45,147 bases of DNA from Octopus sinensis (GCF_006345805.1 NW_021834679.1:1-45147); one strand, 5' to 3'; counted from the first letter of the stretch, positions 11,355 through 23,395 are shown. Numbers and translations are program-made. Notes: generated by a model not told the origin, from the sequence alone.

Positions 11355-11465
11355 AGCGTCGGACGCGAAGGAGAGCGGCGGCAACGGCAAGCCGCCTGGA
11401 TCGTGTGCGGAGCTACCGACGACATGTTCGGCGCCGCCGCGTTACCATTCAGCAACGCTTGCACC

Positions 11466-11509
<44 letters not shown>

Positions 11510-11766
11510 GTTTACATGTAAGTGTGAGTGTGTGTGTGTATGTACGTGTGTGTGTGTGCGTGTGCCTGTATATATCTGTAGGTATATATGTACACAAACA
11601 CTCTTACATACAAAAGATGCGACAGCTACTTGTAAATTTAGAGTTTGCTGTCTATCCAGCTTAAGCGTTTGATCTGTGTGAACATAATGTTATAAAATAC
11701 TTCCCTGAAGAACTGTTGCGGTTCAGTATTCAGTCCTCGTGGGGTCAGAATGCTCAGAGGATACAA

Positions 11767-12028
11767 AATAACTAATAAATGCGCCCTTTTAAAGCCTAGC
11801 CAGGCTCATGGGCCCGGTTTCCCGGTTTCAATGGCGTATGTGTACCGCAGCTGGACGGGACGCCAGTCCATCGCAGCGTTAATCATTTTTGCCATCTGAG
11901 TGGACGGGAGCAACGTGAAATGAAGTGTTTTGCTCAAGAACACAACGCGTCGCCCGGTCCAGGAATCAAAACCACAATCTTACGATCATGATTCTGGCAC
12001 CCTAACCACTAAGCCACGTGCCTCCAAA
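11767..12028 (-). mobile_element. SINE family C head with tail type 2
   Basis: Minus strand tggcttagtggttagg ... tgtgttcttgagcaaaacacttcatttcacgttgctcc, then gcgatggactggcgtcccgtccag ... gaaaccggg; 13-bp TSD TCAGAGGATACAA at 11754-11766 and 12029-12041. Confidence 0.92.
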
Positions 12029-12236
12029 TCAGAGGATACAAGGAACCATACTAATGAAATTCTGAATACCCAAAGATTGCAAAGAACCATATTAATGAAG
12101 CCTACGTAGGGAACAAATGACATGAACCGTATCATGTGTTTATCACACTATATACACACATATACACATACACATATTTGCAGTAATATTTACGGAGAAG
12201 ATATTTTTTTGTTCGTTTGTTTTAGCCGTCATTATA

Positions 12237-12237
<1 letters not shown>

Positions 12238-12274
<37 letters not shown>

Positions 12275-12588
12275 TATTATTATTATTATCATAAACATAG
12301 AATTCCTTTAATGTTTTATCAAGCACACTGATAAGAGGTTTGACACGAGAATGAAGTATTTTCGCTGTATTCAAGATTTAGATATTTTTATCATCATTTT
12401 CGTCATCGTCGTCGTCGTTGTCGTTGTCGTCGTCGTTGTCGTCATCATCGCCGTCGCTTTTATTGTCGTCATCCTCATCATCCCCATTACATCAACGTCA
12501 TCATCGTCGTCGTCATCGTCATCATCATCATTATGATCGCCATCATGATCATGACGATCATAATCTTTAAGATGATGATGACGATGAT

Positions 12589-12650
<62 letters not shown>
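12238..12650. repeat. (ATT)n, (CGT/CAT)n and (AAT)n microsatellites
   Basis: Direct inspection. Confidence 0.95.
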
Positions 12651-12654
<4 letters not shown>

Positions 12655-13208
12655 GCCCTGATGCAGTACCAAGCAGTGGCTCTCATGGCTTCTGATCTTA
12701 ACTGATTGGAAGTGTTATCATGTACATTGTTTTGTCTTGGTATAAAAGATGGGCTACAGCAAATATTCTGCTCAATACCACAGATTTGCTTGTCAGTTGT
12801 TTGGCCTTAACCAGTTGAGTATGTCCCTTAGTGGCTGACGATATGTGCATCTCTGATCACGATTAGAAGTAGTGGGGGAGCATCATGGCCATGTGTTGAG
12901 AGAGATTCTTTGGGGTTTGAATAATTCACCTCTGGAAACATAGGTGTTTCGTTCAACATCCTAAAGCAACCCTTATTCAGGGACCTTTTGAGCAGGATGG
13001 GCTACTCAACCTGAAGAAAATTCTAACTGGGCCCTACCTGCAAGGTCATGTGCTGTTTATCTTGATATGAGATCACCATGTCGCGCACATATGGTTGTGA
13101 TGCATGTGCCTGGTGTACCTTTATCAAACGGGTAGTCATGATGGGTATATTGGGCTTCGTATATTTCACCCCAGTGTCACTTTGATGGCATAAACTGCTC
13201 TCTCACTC
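12651..13208 (+). mobile_element. ~560-bp interspersed element flanked by (AAT)n on both sides (strand assignment arbitrary)
   Basis: Inverted copy at 13342-13898 and partial copy at 38318-38445; no ORF or Pol III boxes recognised. Confidence 0.85.
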
Positions 13209-13241
13209 AATAATAATAATAATAATAATATAATAATAATA

Positions 13242-13322
<81 letters not shown>

Positions 13323-13341
13323 TATTATTATTATTATTATT
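13209..13341. repeat. (AAT)n followed by (ATT)n; spacer of the palindrome
   Basis: Direct inspection. Confidence 0.97.
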
Positions 13342-13898
13342 GAGTGAGATAGCAGTGTATGCCATCAAAGTGACACTGGTGTAAAATATACGAAGCCCAG
13401 TATACCCATCATGACTACCCGTCTGGTGAGGGTACACCAGACATATGCATCAGAACCATATGTACGTGACATGGTGATCTCATATCAAGATAAACAGCGC
13501 ATGATCTTGCAGATGGGGCCCAGTTAGAATTTTCTTCTGGTCGAGTAGCCCATCCCGCTCAAAAGGTCCCTGAATAAGGATTGTTTAAGGATGTTGAACG
13601 AACCACCCATGGTTCCAAAGGTGAATTATTCAAACCTCTAATAATTCCTTTCAACACAAGGCTATGATGCTCCTCCACTACTTCTGCTTGTGATCAGAGA
13701 TGCACATATCGTCAGCCACTAAGGGAGATGATCAACTGGTTATGGTCAAAAACTGACACGCAAATCTGTGGTATTGAGCAGAATATTTGCTGTAGCCCAT
13801 CTTTTATACCAAGACAAAACAGTGTACATGATAACACTTCCAATCAGTTAAGATCAGAGGCCATGAGAGCCACTGCCTGGTAGTGCATCAGGGTATTT
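13342..13898 (-). mobile_element. Inverted copy of the 12651-13208 element, flanked by (ATT)n
   Basis: Reverse complement of 12651-13208 end to end, with scattered substitutions. Confidence 0.88.
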
Positions 13899-13906
13899 TA
13901 TTATTA

Positions 13907-13979
<73 letters not shown>

Positions 13980-14039
13980 CATCATTATTATTATCATTAT
14001 TTATTATTATTATTATTATTTTTATTAGTATGATTATTG

Positions 14040-14225
14040 TCATTTGACAGTGGCCATGCTGGAGCACCGCCTTTAGTCGAGCAAATCGACCCTAGGTCTT
14101 ATTCTTTGTAAGCCTAGTACTTATTCTGTCGGGCCCTATTGCCGAACCGGTAGGTTACGAGGATGTAAACACACCAGCATCGGTTGTCAAGCCATGTTGT
14201 GGGGAGAAACCCAGACACACAAACA
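14040..14225 (-). mobile_element. SINE family A, 3' half (its 5' half is at 14925-15083)
   Basis: gtcatttgacagtggccatgctggagcaccgcctttagtcgag ... aaacacaccagcatcggttgtcaag. Confidence 0.9.
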
Positions 14226-14239
14226 TACATACAAACACA

Positions 14240-14315
<76 letters not shown>

Positions 14316-14316
14316 A

Positions 14317-14677
14317 TCTTTATATATAAAAGTGAAGTTGTGTGTCTGTCTCCTACGATTTAAATTCCTAACTACTCCGACATTTCGCGGTGCAGTTTAA
14401 CCAAAACCGGGTATCTTATAGTCGTGATTCATATCGAGCCCTTCTGGGTATTAGCGCGGGTCTACGATTTAAAAAAAAAATTCACCATCATTTTTTTCCA
14501 TTTTAATGCATTTTTTCGCTATTATATAAGGGAAGTAACTCTCTAAAAATGTCTACGATGAGTCAACGATTTTTTAAAAATTTACCATTTTTTTGCTATT
14601 TTTTGGCTATAACTCTCTAAAAATGCTTATATAGTTATTTCCCTTACAAACCCGAGCAACGCCGGGCGATACTGCTA

Positions 14678-14678
<1 letters not shown>
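14317..14678 (+). mobile_element. Non-autonomous Helitron
   Basis: 5' TC(TTTATATATAAAAG) preceded by A at 14316; 3' hairpin CCCG-AGCAACGC-CGGG at 14651-14666, then CTAG at 14675-14678 followed by T. This is the canonical A|TC...CTAG|T layout. Confidence 0.85.
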
Positions 14679-14724
<46 letters not shown>

Positions 14725-14766
14725 TATATATATATATATTATATATATATTATATATATATATACT

Positions 14767-14799
<33 letters not shown>

Positions 14800-14875
14800 T
14801 CCATCTCCTGAGCGCCTATTAATAATAATACTGTAATTGTTCCTGTTGTTGTTGTTTTTTGTTTCCCTTTTGATT

Positions 14876-14924
<49 letters not shown>

Positions 14925-14926
<2 letters not shown>

Positions 14927-15083
14927 TATACGACGGGCACCTATCAGTTTCCGTCTACCATATCCACTCACAAGGCTCTGGTCGGCCCGTGGGTATAGTA
15001 GAAGATACCAGCCCAAGGTGCCACGCAGTGGGACTGATCCCGGAACCATGTGGCTGGTAAGCAAGCTACTTACCGCACAGCCA
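14925..15083 (-). mobile_element. SINE family A, 5' half
   Basis: cagtttccgtctacc ... cccaaggtgccacgcagtgggactga ... agcaagctacttaccgcacagccact. Confidence 0.9.
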
Positions 15084-15112
15084 CTATTATTATTGTTGTT
15101 GTTTTTGTTGTT

Positions 15113-15320
15113 AAGGCGGCGAGATGGCAGAATCGTTAGTAGGCCGAGCTAAATGCTTAGCGGCATTTCACCCGTCTCTAAGTTCTGAGTTCGAATTCCG
15201 CCGAGGTTAACTTTGCCTTTTATCCTTTTGCGGTCGATAAACTAAGTACCAGTTGCATACTGCGGCCGATGTAATGGACTAGTCCTCGTCCCCAAATTTT
15301 CAAGTCATTGTGCTTTCAGC
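15113..15320 (+). mobile_element. SINE family B (tRNA head plus gactttgcctttcatcctttcggggtcgata central domain)
   Basis: A box tggcagaatcg, B box gagttcgaattcc; matches more than 15 other copies in the window. Confidence 0.9.
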
Positions 15321-15359
15321 AAATTGGATTATCATTATCATTGTTGTTGTTGTTGTTGT

Positions 15360-15535
15360 TAGGCGACGACGTTGCAGCATCATTAGCACATGTTCTGAGT
15401 TCGAATTCCGTCGCGGTCGACTTTGCTTTTCACCCTTTCGGGGTCGATTAATTAAGTACCATTTTGAACACTAGGGCCGATGTAATCGACTCATCGCCTC
15501 CCCAGAAACTGCTGCCCTTCTGGCAAAATTTTAAA
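15360..15535 (+). mobile_element. SINE family B, internally deleted
   Basis: gttctgagttcgaattccg ... gtcgactttgc ... cctttcggggtcgat. Confidence 0.85.
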
Positions 15536-15536
15536 C

Positions 15537-15537
<1 letters not shown>

Positions 15538-15586
<49 letters not shown>

Positions 15587-15588
15587 TA

Positions 15589-15635
<47 letters not shown>

Positions 15636-15830
15636 TTATCATCATCATCATCATTGTTGTTGTTGTTGTTGTTGTTATAATGCTCATTTCTGTTAGACCA
15701 CTATAAATAATTGTTAACATTAAGTTCCGGTATTAATGATCTCTTCCTTCTTTCTTTCTCTCTTTCCTTCTTTCTTTTCTTTCTTTCTTTCTTTTTTTTC
15801 TTCAGTTTTCTTTTCTTTTCTTTTCACAAA
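15538..15830. repeat. (ATT)n/(GTT)n/(CTTT)n microsatellites
   Basis: Direct inspection. Confidence 0.9.
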
Positions 15831-16144
15831 TAAAGAGATCGAAACGCTAATCTCGTTATTGTCGACTCCTTCCATGACATAGAAATGTTAATCGCTATAT
15901 ATCATTGGCTTTCTATATAAATAATCATTCTCTTTTCTTTCTCGTTTTTTTTTTTTTTGTTCTGTTAGGTCTTTCTCTCCGCTTTTCTCTGATGAAGACA
16001 CGACGCCAGTTATTTTACTGTTGTAAGTGCTAAAAAATAAACTGTCCGGCGAAGATATATTTAATATAAGTATATATTTACCTTAATGTGTATGACACGA
16101 TTATATTTTTCTTGCTTCCTTCCGTATTAGCAACCATTATATCA

Positions 16145-16798
16145 TGTTTTATACATACATACAAACATACATACATACATACTTATATATATATATATAC
16201 ACATACATGCATACATGCATACATATACATACATACATATACATATATATATATATATATATATCCATGTATATGTATATAAATCATGTTATTTCTCTCT
16301 ACCTCTGTTTCATGTTGGAGATATGTTAGTAACTATGAACGTTTGTCTGTGTATGTGTTGTTGCGTTTGTGTCGAGGTATTCGGATGTGTGGAACATATA
16401 TTGAAATGCATATAAATATCAAACGTTATAAAAATTGGTTCGATTTTATTTCGAAATATTTTTTTATTTATTTATTTTTTTTTTTACCTGACATTAAAAT
16501 TCGAATTAAATGGTGAGTAATCAACATATTTTTTCCCCGTTTTATGTTTGTGAGCTATTCGGAGTGCGGTGGGGTGCGGGGTGGGGGTAATGGAGGCGGG
16601 GTAGGGTAGTTGGAGTTGAGTTGTCGGTTCTTTTATATAAAATGTTATATATTATAAGTTTATCTTAGTACCATTAAAGACTTCACAAGGAATTATATGA
16701 GGTAAACAATACAAGCTAAATGGAATGTATATACGCATACACATACATACATACATACATACATACATACATACATACAGATATATATATATATGTGC

Positions 16799-16867
<69 letters not shown>

Positions 16868-17480
16868 ATATGTATATATATACACGTACACGCACACATA
16901 TATCACAAGGAATTATTTGAGATAAACAATACAAGTTAAATGAATGACACACACACACATATGTGTGCGTATGTAATATACATACATGCGTACATATATT
17001 TTTGCACATGGATATATTTGTATCTATATATATGTATTTATATATATATATATATACATAAACATGATATATATATATAGTTTATATGTATATGCATATA
17101 CACATGTATATGTAATATATACAAGCTTGTATGTGTGTGTATGTGTGTGTATGTCTATGTATATGTGAGTGTGTGTTTGAGTGTATTCCTTTGTCGACGC
17201 GTGTACACATATAATGATACAGTCCGTTGGTAACAATACATCGTAATTTTACGTCTCTTGCTCGGCTTCTTCCTAAGAATAACAAGTCCTCGACCTCACC
17301 CCTCCCTCTATGTATTGAATAAATACATACACACACTTATACATACATTCATATATAAGCACACATATATGCATACATACATACATGCATACACATATAT
17401 ATACATACATAAATACATACATACGTACATACATTCACATGCATGCATGCTGGCATGAATACATACATATATACATACAT
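16145..17480. repeat. Cluster of (ATAC)n/(AT)n/(TG)n microsatellites with short unique islands
   Basis: Direct inspection. Confidence 0.85.
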
Positions 17481-17489
17481 AAATATCGC

Positions 17490-17800
17490 AGTATCAACTA
17501 GACCATCAGATATTGTTATATACCGCTCGTCACAATGTGCTTCCAATACCGTCTTGATTGCACCGTTCTTTTTCATTGTTTCAATAATCTTCTTCTCATC
17601 GTCGTGATGAGCTATGAATTGTTCCTTTTCCGATTTCTTGGATATCACTCGGTAACTGTGCGGGTCCACTTGTAATCTGTAAACCTTACGACATGTCTGG
17701 CCTAGCGGAATTCGTATTTCATATCGTTGATTCCGATCCGTTCTTTAATTATATCCTTTCGAATATGCTTTCGTAATGATAATCCTAGCATGGCACTTTC
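17490..17800 (-). mobile_element. Degenerate RTE LINE 3' fragment
   Basis: Minus strand reads AMLGLSLRKHI...RHVVRFTDYKWTRTVTE*YPRNRKR, paralleling SMLGISLREHI...GHVARLTDNRWTQAAAEWYPRERKR of the RTE at 36185-37310; contains stops. Confidence 0.8.
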
Positions 17801-17814
17801 CATAGTCGTTTGCC

Positions 17815-17945
17815 TCGTAAAAAACTACATGGTTCCGAGTTCAGTCCCTCTGCGTGACACCTTGGGCAAGTATCTTTTACTATAGCCTCAGGCCGACGAA
17901 AGCCTCGGAGTGTATTTAGTAGACGGAAACTGAAGGAAGCCCATC

Positions 17946-18011
<66 letters not shown>

Positions 18012-18282
18012 ATGTGTGTATATATATGTGTGTGTATGTATATATTTAACTGTGTGAGTGTCTTTGTGTCTGTGTTTGTCCCCTCATCATCCCATGACAA
18101 CCGATGTTGGTGTGCTTACGTTCACGCAACCTTAGCGGTTCAAGAAACGAACCACATAGAATATGTTCTAGGCTTACAAAGAATAAGTCCTCGTGGTCTA
18201 TTTCTTCGACTATAAAAACCTTAAAGGCGGTGCTCCAGCATGGCCACAGTTAAATGACTGGAACAAGTTAAAGAATAAAAGA
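17815..18282 (+). mobile_element. SINE family A, near full length
   Basis: B box gagttcagtccc, CORE-like ccttgggcaagt, internal (TA)n(TG)n, terminal ggcggtgctccagcatggccacagttaaatgactggaac. Confidence 0.92.
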
Positions 18283-19129
18283 ATATACACACATACATAC
18301 ATACATATGCATATATACTCACGCACACACATACATACATATATATACATACATAAAACAGTAGCAACCTGTTGAATTGTTTAGGGCAAATATCTCCTTT
18401 AGGTGAGATGGTTTTGCGATTCTTGCGTTCATGTCCATCTCAAATCTATATATCTAGCTGTATGCATTTACTCTTCCGACTCATGTCCCTGTATTGTATG
18501 ATACTTTAAACATATATTCCCTTACCTTTCAAACTCAGTTATTTTCCTTATTACTTGTATATAAAGTCACCTCCGTGTTATTTTGTCTCTTCCTCGCGAA
18601 TATGCTTCCAATCCCTATTGATGTTCATAACCTACTCTATATAATATAGTGAGTAACTGTCTTTAATTCAACGGCGGCTGTCAAGGTGAATATCACTGAA
18701 GCACCAAGATATCGCACGTGCAGTCTTAGGGTAAGTGCTCTGTATATTCTTTAAGCGGCGTATATGATGTCCGTAATTCTAGCTTGTTTAATTCATAATG
18801 TTATAAGGTAAGTTATACATCAGGTAAGCATCTCGCTTCGACGACTAGGCAGAGTGACATTTGGGTTCTGGTGTGTTTCTCCACAATTACACGCGCCAGC
18901 AAGAACACAACGAGCCACTCGCCCATACCTGCAAACACGTGCGTGCGCACGCCTGCTCATTGAAATAATGACAACAAGAGAAAGAGAAATAAACACACAA
19001 ACAGAATAAGAGATGTGTACGCAAATAAATGTTTATGCACCTCCACCACTCCTTCTCTCCTTCGCTCTCTCTCTCCTTCCTCCTCCGCTTTATATATTTA
19101 CAGATATCTGTATCTTTATCGCCTTATAT

Positions 19130-19172
19130 ATCCATACATACACATGTATGTGCGTGTGTATATATGTATGTA

Positions 19173-19244
<72 letters not shown>

Positions 19245-19248
19245 ATAT

Positions 19249-19332
<84 letters not shown>

Positions 19333-19504
19333 TAGATATATATACACACATAGACACAAACACGTACATACACATATAGAAAGAAATTATAGATGTCTGC
19401 ATGTATGTATGTATGTGTGTGTATGTATGTATGTATGTGTGTATGTATGTATGTATGTGTGTATGTATGTATGTGTGTATGTTTGTATGTATCTATCCAC
19501 CTAC

Positions 19505-19566
<62 letters not shown>

Positions 19567-19760
19567 TTATCTATTTCAATCTGTGTGAGCACGTGTGATA
19601 GTACGAACACATACGTGAATACTTGTCTGTCTAATTGTATGCTTGTGTATGTACCTAGTAGTAATTTGTTTAGTGTGTGTGTGTGTGTGTGTGTGTGCGT
19701 GTGCATATATATGACTGTGTGAGTGTGCGCGTGTACCTGTGTGTGCGCCTGTACCTGTGT
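19130..19760. repeat. (AT)n/(AG)n/(AGAT)n/(ATGT)n/(ATCT)n/(TG)n compound microsatellite
   Basis: Direct inspection. Confidence 0.93.
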
Positions 19761-20204
19761 GCGCGTGTACGTGTGTGTTTTAAATGTAAACAAACTACAG
19801 TATGGTTTCTTGAAGCAGAAACTATAAAAAAAAAATAGTTGCATAATTTATCAAATTTGCTACTTGTGAAAGCGGTAATTCCGCAGGTTTTATGATGACC
19901 TTTAAATATCTTTGATGTCTTCTTATTGAACCGTTCTCATACTTAAATATTAATCTGATAAATCAACTGTTGTTGTACACAAACAAAAAGCTAAACAAGA
20001 CAACATCAACAAAAACAGTAATAGTCATAACTTCTTTATCAGTATTATCAACGTTATCGTCGATAACGCACCCAACAACAACAACAACAAGATACAACAT
20101 TAAACAGTCTCACTCACCCATCTCTACGTACAACATGAACGTTAACAATTTGATTATCAACATTATCAATAACAAACAAGAATGTTAACAGCTTCATCAA
20201 GAAC

Positions 20205-21120
20205 ATCATCGTCATCATCGTCGCCATCATCATCGTCGTCGTCGTCGTCTTCGACATCATCGTTGTCATTATCATCATCATCATCATCATCGTCGTCGTC
20301 GTCGTCTTCGACAACATCGTTGTCATTATCATCATCATCATCATCGTCGTCGTCGTCGTCGTCTTCGACAACATCGTTGTCATTATCATCATCATCATCA
20401 TCATCGTCGTCGTCGTCGTCTTCGACAACATCGTTGTCATTATCATCATCATCATCATCGTCGTCGTCGTCGTCGTCTTCGACAACATCGTTGTCATTAT
20501 CACCATCATCATCATCATCGACGTCGTCGTCGTCTTCGACATCATCGTTGTCATTATCATCATCATCATCATCATCGTCGTCGTCGTCGTCTTCGACATC
20601 ATCGTTGTCATTATCATCATCATCATCATCATCGTCGTCGTCGTCGTCTTCGACAACATCGTTGTCATTATCATCATCATCATCATCATCGACGTCGTCG
20701 TCTTCGACATCATCGTTGTCATTATCATCATCATCATCATCATCGTCGTCGTCGTCGTCTTCGACATCATCGTTGTCATTATCATCATCATCATCATCAT
20801 CGTCGTCGTCGTCGTCTTCGACAACATCGTTGTCATTATCATCATCATCATCATCGTCGTCGTCGTCGTCGTCTTCGACAACATCGTTGTCATTATCATC
20901 ATCATCATCATCATCGTCGTCGTCGTCGTCTTCGACAACATCGTTGTCATTATCATCATCATCATCATCATCGACGTCGTCGTCTTCGACATCATCGTTG
21001 TCATTATCATCATCATCATCATCATCATCGTCGTCGTCGTCGTCTTCGACATCATCGTTGTCATTATCATCATCATCATCATCATCATCGTCATCATCGT
21101 CGTAGTTATCCTCCTCATCA
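20205..21120. repeat. 54-60-bp tandem minisatellite built from (CAT)n(CGT)n, 15 units
   Basis: Anchor ttcgac(a)(ac)atcgttgtcatt recurs 15 times; the minus-strand translation is repeated D(n)NDND(V/D)VE. Confidence 0.95.
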
Positions 21121-21199
21121 TCGACGGACGTGACGGACATATTAACAATAACAAGACCAACACCAATAATATTAACTATGTTAATATCACTTGTGTCAA

Positions 21200-21404
21200 T
21201 ATCACTAACATTTTGTAGAATACATGATCATCACCATTATCGTCATCAATATTGTCATCATCATCATCATCATCATCGTCGTCGTCATCGTTATCATCAT
21301 CATCATTGTCGTCGTCGTCGTCATCGGCATCATCATTGTCGACATCATCAGCATCATCATCAGCTTCATCATCATCACCACCATCATCAACATTATCATC
21401 ATCG

Positions 21405-21451
<47 letters not shown>

Positions 21452-22150
21452 GTCATCATCATCATCATCGCCATTATCATCATCATCATCATCATCATTC
21501 TCATCATCGTCGTCGTCATCATCATCGTCTTCATCATCGTCATCATCATCATCATCATCATCGTCATCGTCATCGTCATCATCATCATCACCATCATTAT
21601 CATCGTGATCATCATCGTCATCACCATCGCCATCATCATCATCATCATCATTCTTATCATCGTCGTCGTCATCATCATCGTCTTCATCATCTTCATCATT
21701 ATCAAATTCATCGTCATCATCATCATCATCATCATCACCATCAACACCATCATCACCATCTTCATCATCATCAAATTCATCGTCGTCATCATCATCATCA
21801 TCATCATCGTCATCATTATCATCATCATTATCATCGTGATCATCATCATCATCATCATCGTGGTCGTCATCACCATCATTATCCTCGTCATGATCCTTAT
21901 CATCGTCGTCGACACCATCGTCGTTGTCGTCATCATCATCGTCATCATGATTTTCATCATTATCGTTATCATCACTATCGTTATCATCATCATTGTCGTC
22001 GTCATCATCACGATTATCCTCACCATTATCCTCATCGTCATTGTCACCATCATCTTCATCATCACCATCACCATCATCATCATCATCAGCCTCATTGCCG
22101 TCAGCACCATCGTATTCGTCGTCATCATCATTATCATCATCAATCTTCAT
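21200..22150. repeat. Degenerate (CAT)n/(CGT)n trinucleotide field
   Basis: Direct inspection. Confidence 0.95.
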
Positions 22151-22445
22151 CATCAACGTTAACAACAACCACAGTAACAGCTACAGCAACAAGAACATAA
22201 TCAGCAACAACAACCACAACAACAGCAGCAGCAGCATTAATACTGACGTCTATTACAACGAGCACCTGCAATATCAACATTGTAAGAACATCATAACAAC
22301 AACAATAACAAAGACAGACACAAGAACAGCATAACAACAACAACGACGATATTAATGACATCAACAACCATACTAACAATAACAACGTGAACAACACAGA
22401 CAACAACAAGAACATCAACATTGCAACAACAACAGCATCAACAAA
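22150..22445. repeat. Degenerate (AAC)n region
   Basis: Direct inspection. Confidence 0.85.
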
Positions 22446-22469
22446 AAGCGACAATATTCTTTTCTACTC

Positions 22470-22675
22470 TAGGTAGGGAGGGAGCAAGTCGATTTGATCG
22501 ACCTCATTACGCAACTGGTACTTAATTTATCGACCTAGAAAGGATGAAAGGCATAATCGGCCTCGGCGGAATTTGCACTCAGGACGTAAAGACAAACTAA
22601 GCATTTCACACGGCATGCTAACGTTTCTCATTTCTTTATTGCCCACAAGGGGCTAAACACAGAGAGGACGAAATG
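22470..22675 (-). mobile_element. SINE family B monomer preceded by a fragment of another copy's tail
   Basis: gtcgatttgatcgacc ... gaaaggatgaaaggcata ... ggcggaatttgcactcaggacg; tail fragment cccacaaggggctaaacacagagagg. Confidence 0.85.
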
Positions 22676-22865
22676 CTTAGCGGTATTTCGTCTGCCGTTA
22701 CGTTCTGAGTTCAAATTCCGCCGAGGTCAACTATGCCTTTCATCCTTTCGGGGTCGATAAATAAAGTACCAGTTACGCACTGCGGTCGATGTAAACGACT
22801 TAATCCGTTTGTCTGTCGTTGTTTGTCCCCTCTAAGTTTAGCCCCTTGTGGGCAATAAATAAATA
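22676..22865 (+). mobile_element. SINE family B, 5'-clipped, with tail i
   Basis: gaaatgcttagcggtatttcgtc ... gagttcaaattccgccgagg ... tttagccccttgtgggcaataaa. Confidence 0.9.
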
Positions 22866-22879
22866 ATATATATGAGTGT

Positions 22880-23105
22880 GTGTGCCACTTCGTATCTGCG
22901 TTGTTTCCCCATCACCGCTTGTTAACCGGTCTTGGTGTGTCTACGTCTGCATGATTAGCGGTTCGGCAAAAGAGACTGACAAAATAAGAACCAGGCTTTA
23001 AAAAAGAGATTAATTAAGTATTGTGGTCAATTCATTCGACTAAAACTATTTAAGGTAGTGCTCCGGCATGACCGCAATCAAATGACTGAAACATGTAAAA
23101 GAATA
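22880..23105 (+). mobile_element. SINE family A, 3' half
   Basis: ttagcggttcggcaaaagagac ... gtgctccggcatgaccgcaatcaaatgactgaaac. Confidence 0.85.
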
Positions 23106-23181
23106 GAAGAAAAACAAAACAAAATCGATATATTCAACAGCAGCAAAGACAATATCAACAACAATAACAACAGTGTCCTTT

Positions 23182-23395
23182 AAGGCGGCGTGATGGCTGA
23201 ATCGTTACTGCACCTGATAATATGCTTAGTAACATTTCTTCCGATTTTACGCTTTGAGCTCAAATGCTGCTGGGGGTTCCCTTTGCCTTTCCTTCTTTCG
23301 GGGTCAATAAAGCAAGTACCAGTTGAGTACTGGGGTTAATGTAATCGATTTGCCTCCCCCCCCGACACTATTGGCTTTGTGCCAAAATAAGTTTA
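23182..23395 (+). mobile_element. SINE family B
   Basis: aaggcggcgtgatggctgaatcgtta ... ctttcggggtcaataaa ... ggctttgtgccaaaat. Confidence 0.85.

Noticed and set aside
11082-11672. 196-aa ORF
   Set aside because: It is the antisense of a SINE A copy plus the GC-rich insert and microsatellites.
12895-12955. Hammerhead-like GAAAC hairpin in the 560-bp element
   Set aside because: There is no CUGANGA box, and extra bases lie between the putative stem II and GAAA.
15989-16062. CTGATGAAG ... GGCGAAGATATAT, resembling the 6032 hammerhead
   Set aside because: It has GAAG instead of GAAA, stem II does not nest properly, and there is no stem I partner; at best a dead relic.
16684-16942. 39-bp motif duplicated 220 bp apart
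   Set aside because: It is a real but trivial local duplication between microsatellites, with no further structure.
17349-17669. 106-aa ORF with a natural-looking N-terminus as a host exon
   Set aside because: It is an alternative or shifted frame of a decayed RTE 3' fragment running into a microsatellite.
20114-22334. Long poly-M/T, poly-S, poly-H, poly-I and poly-D ORFs
   Set aside because: (CAT/CGT)n is open in five of six frames by construction. Only the ATG-initiated Asp frame is kept, as a weak finding.
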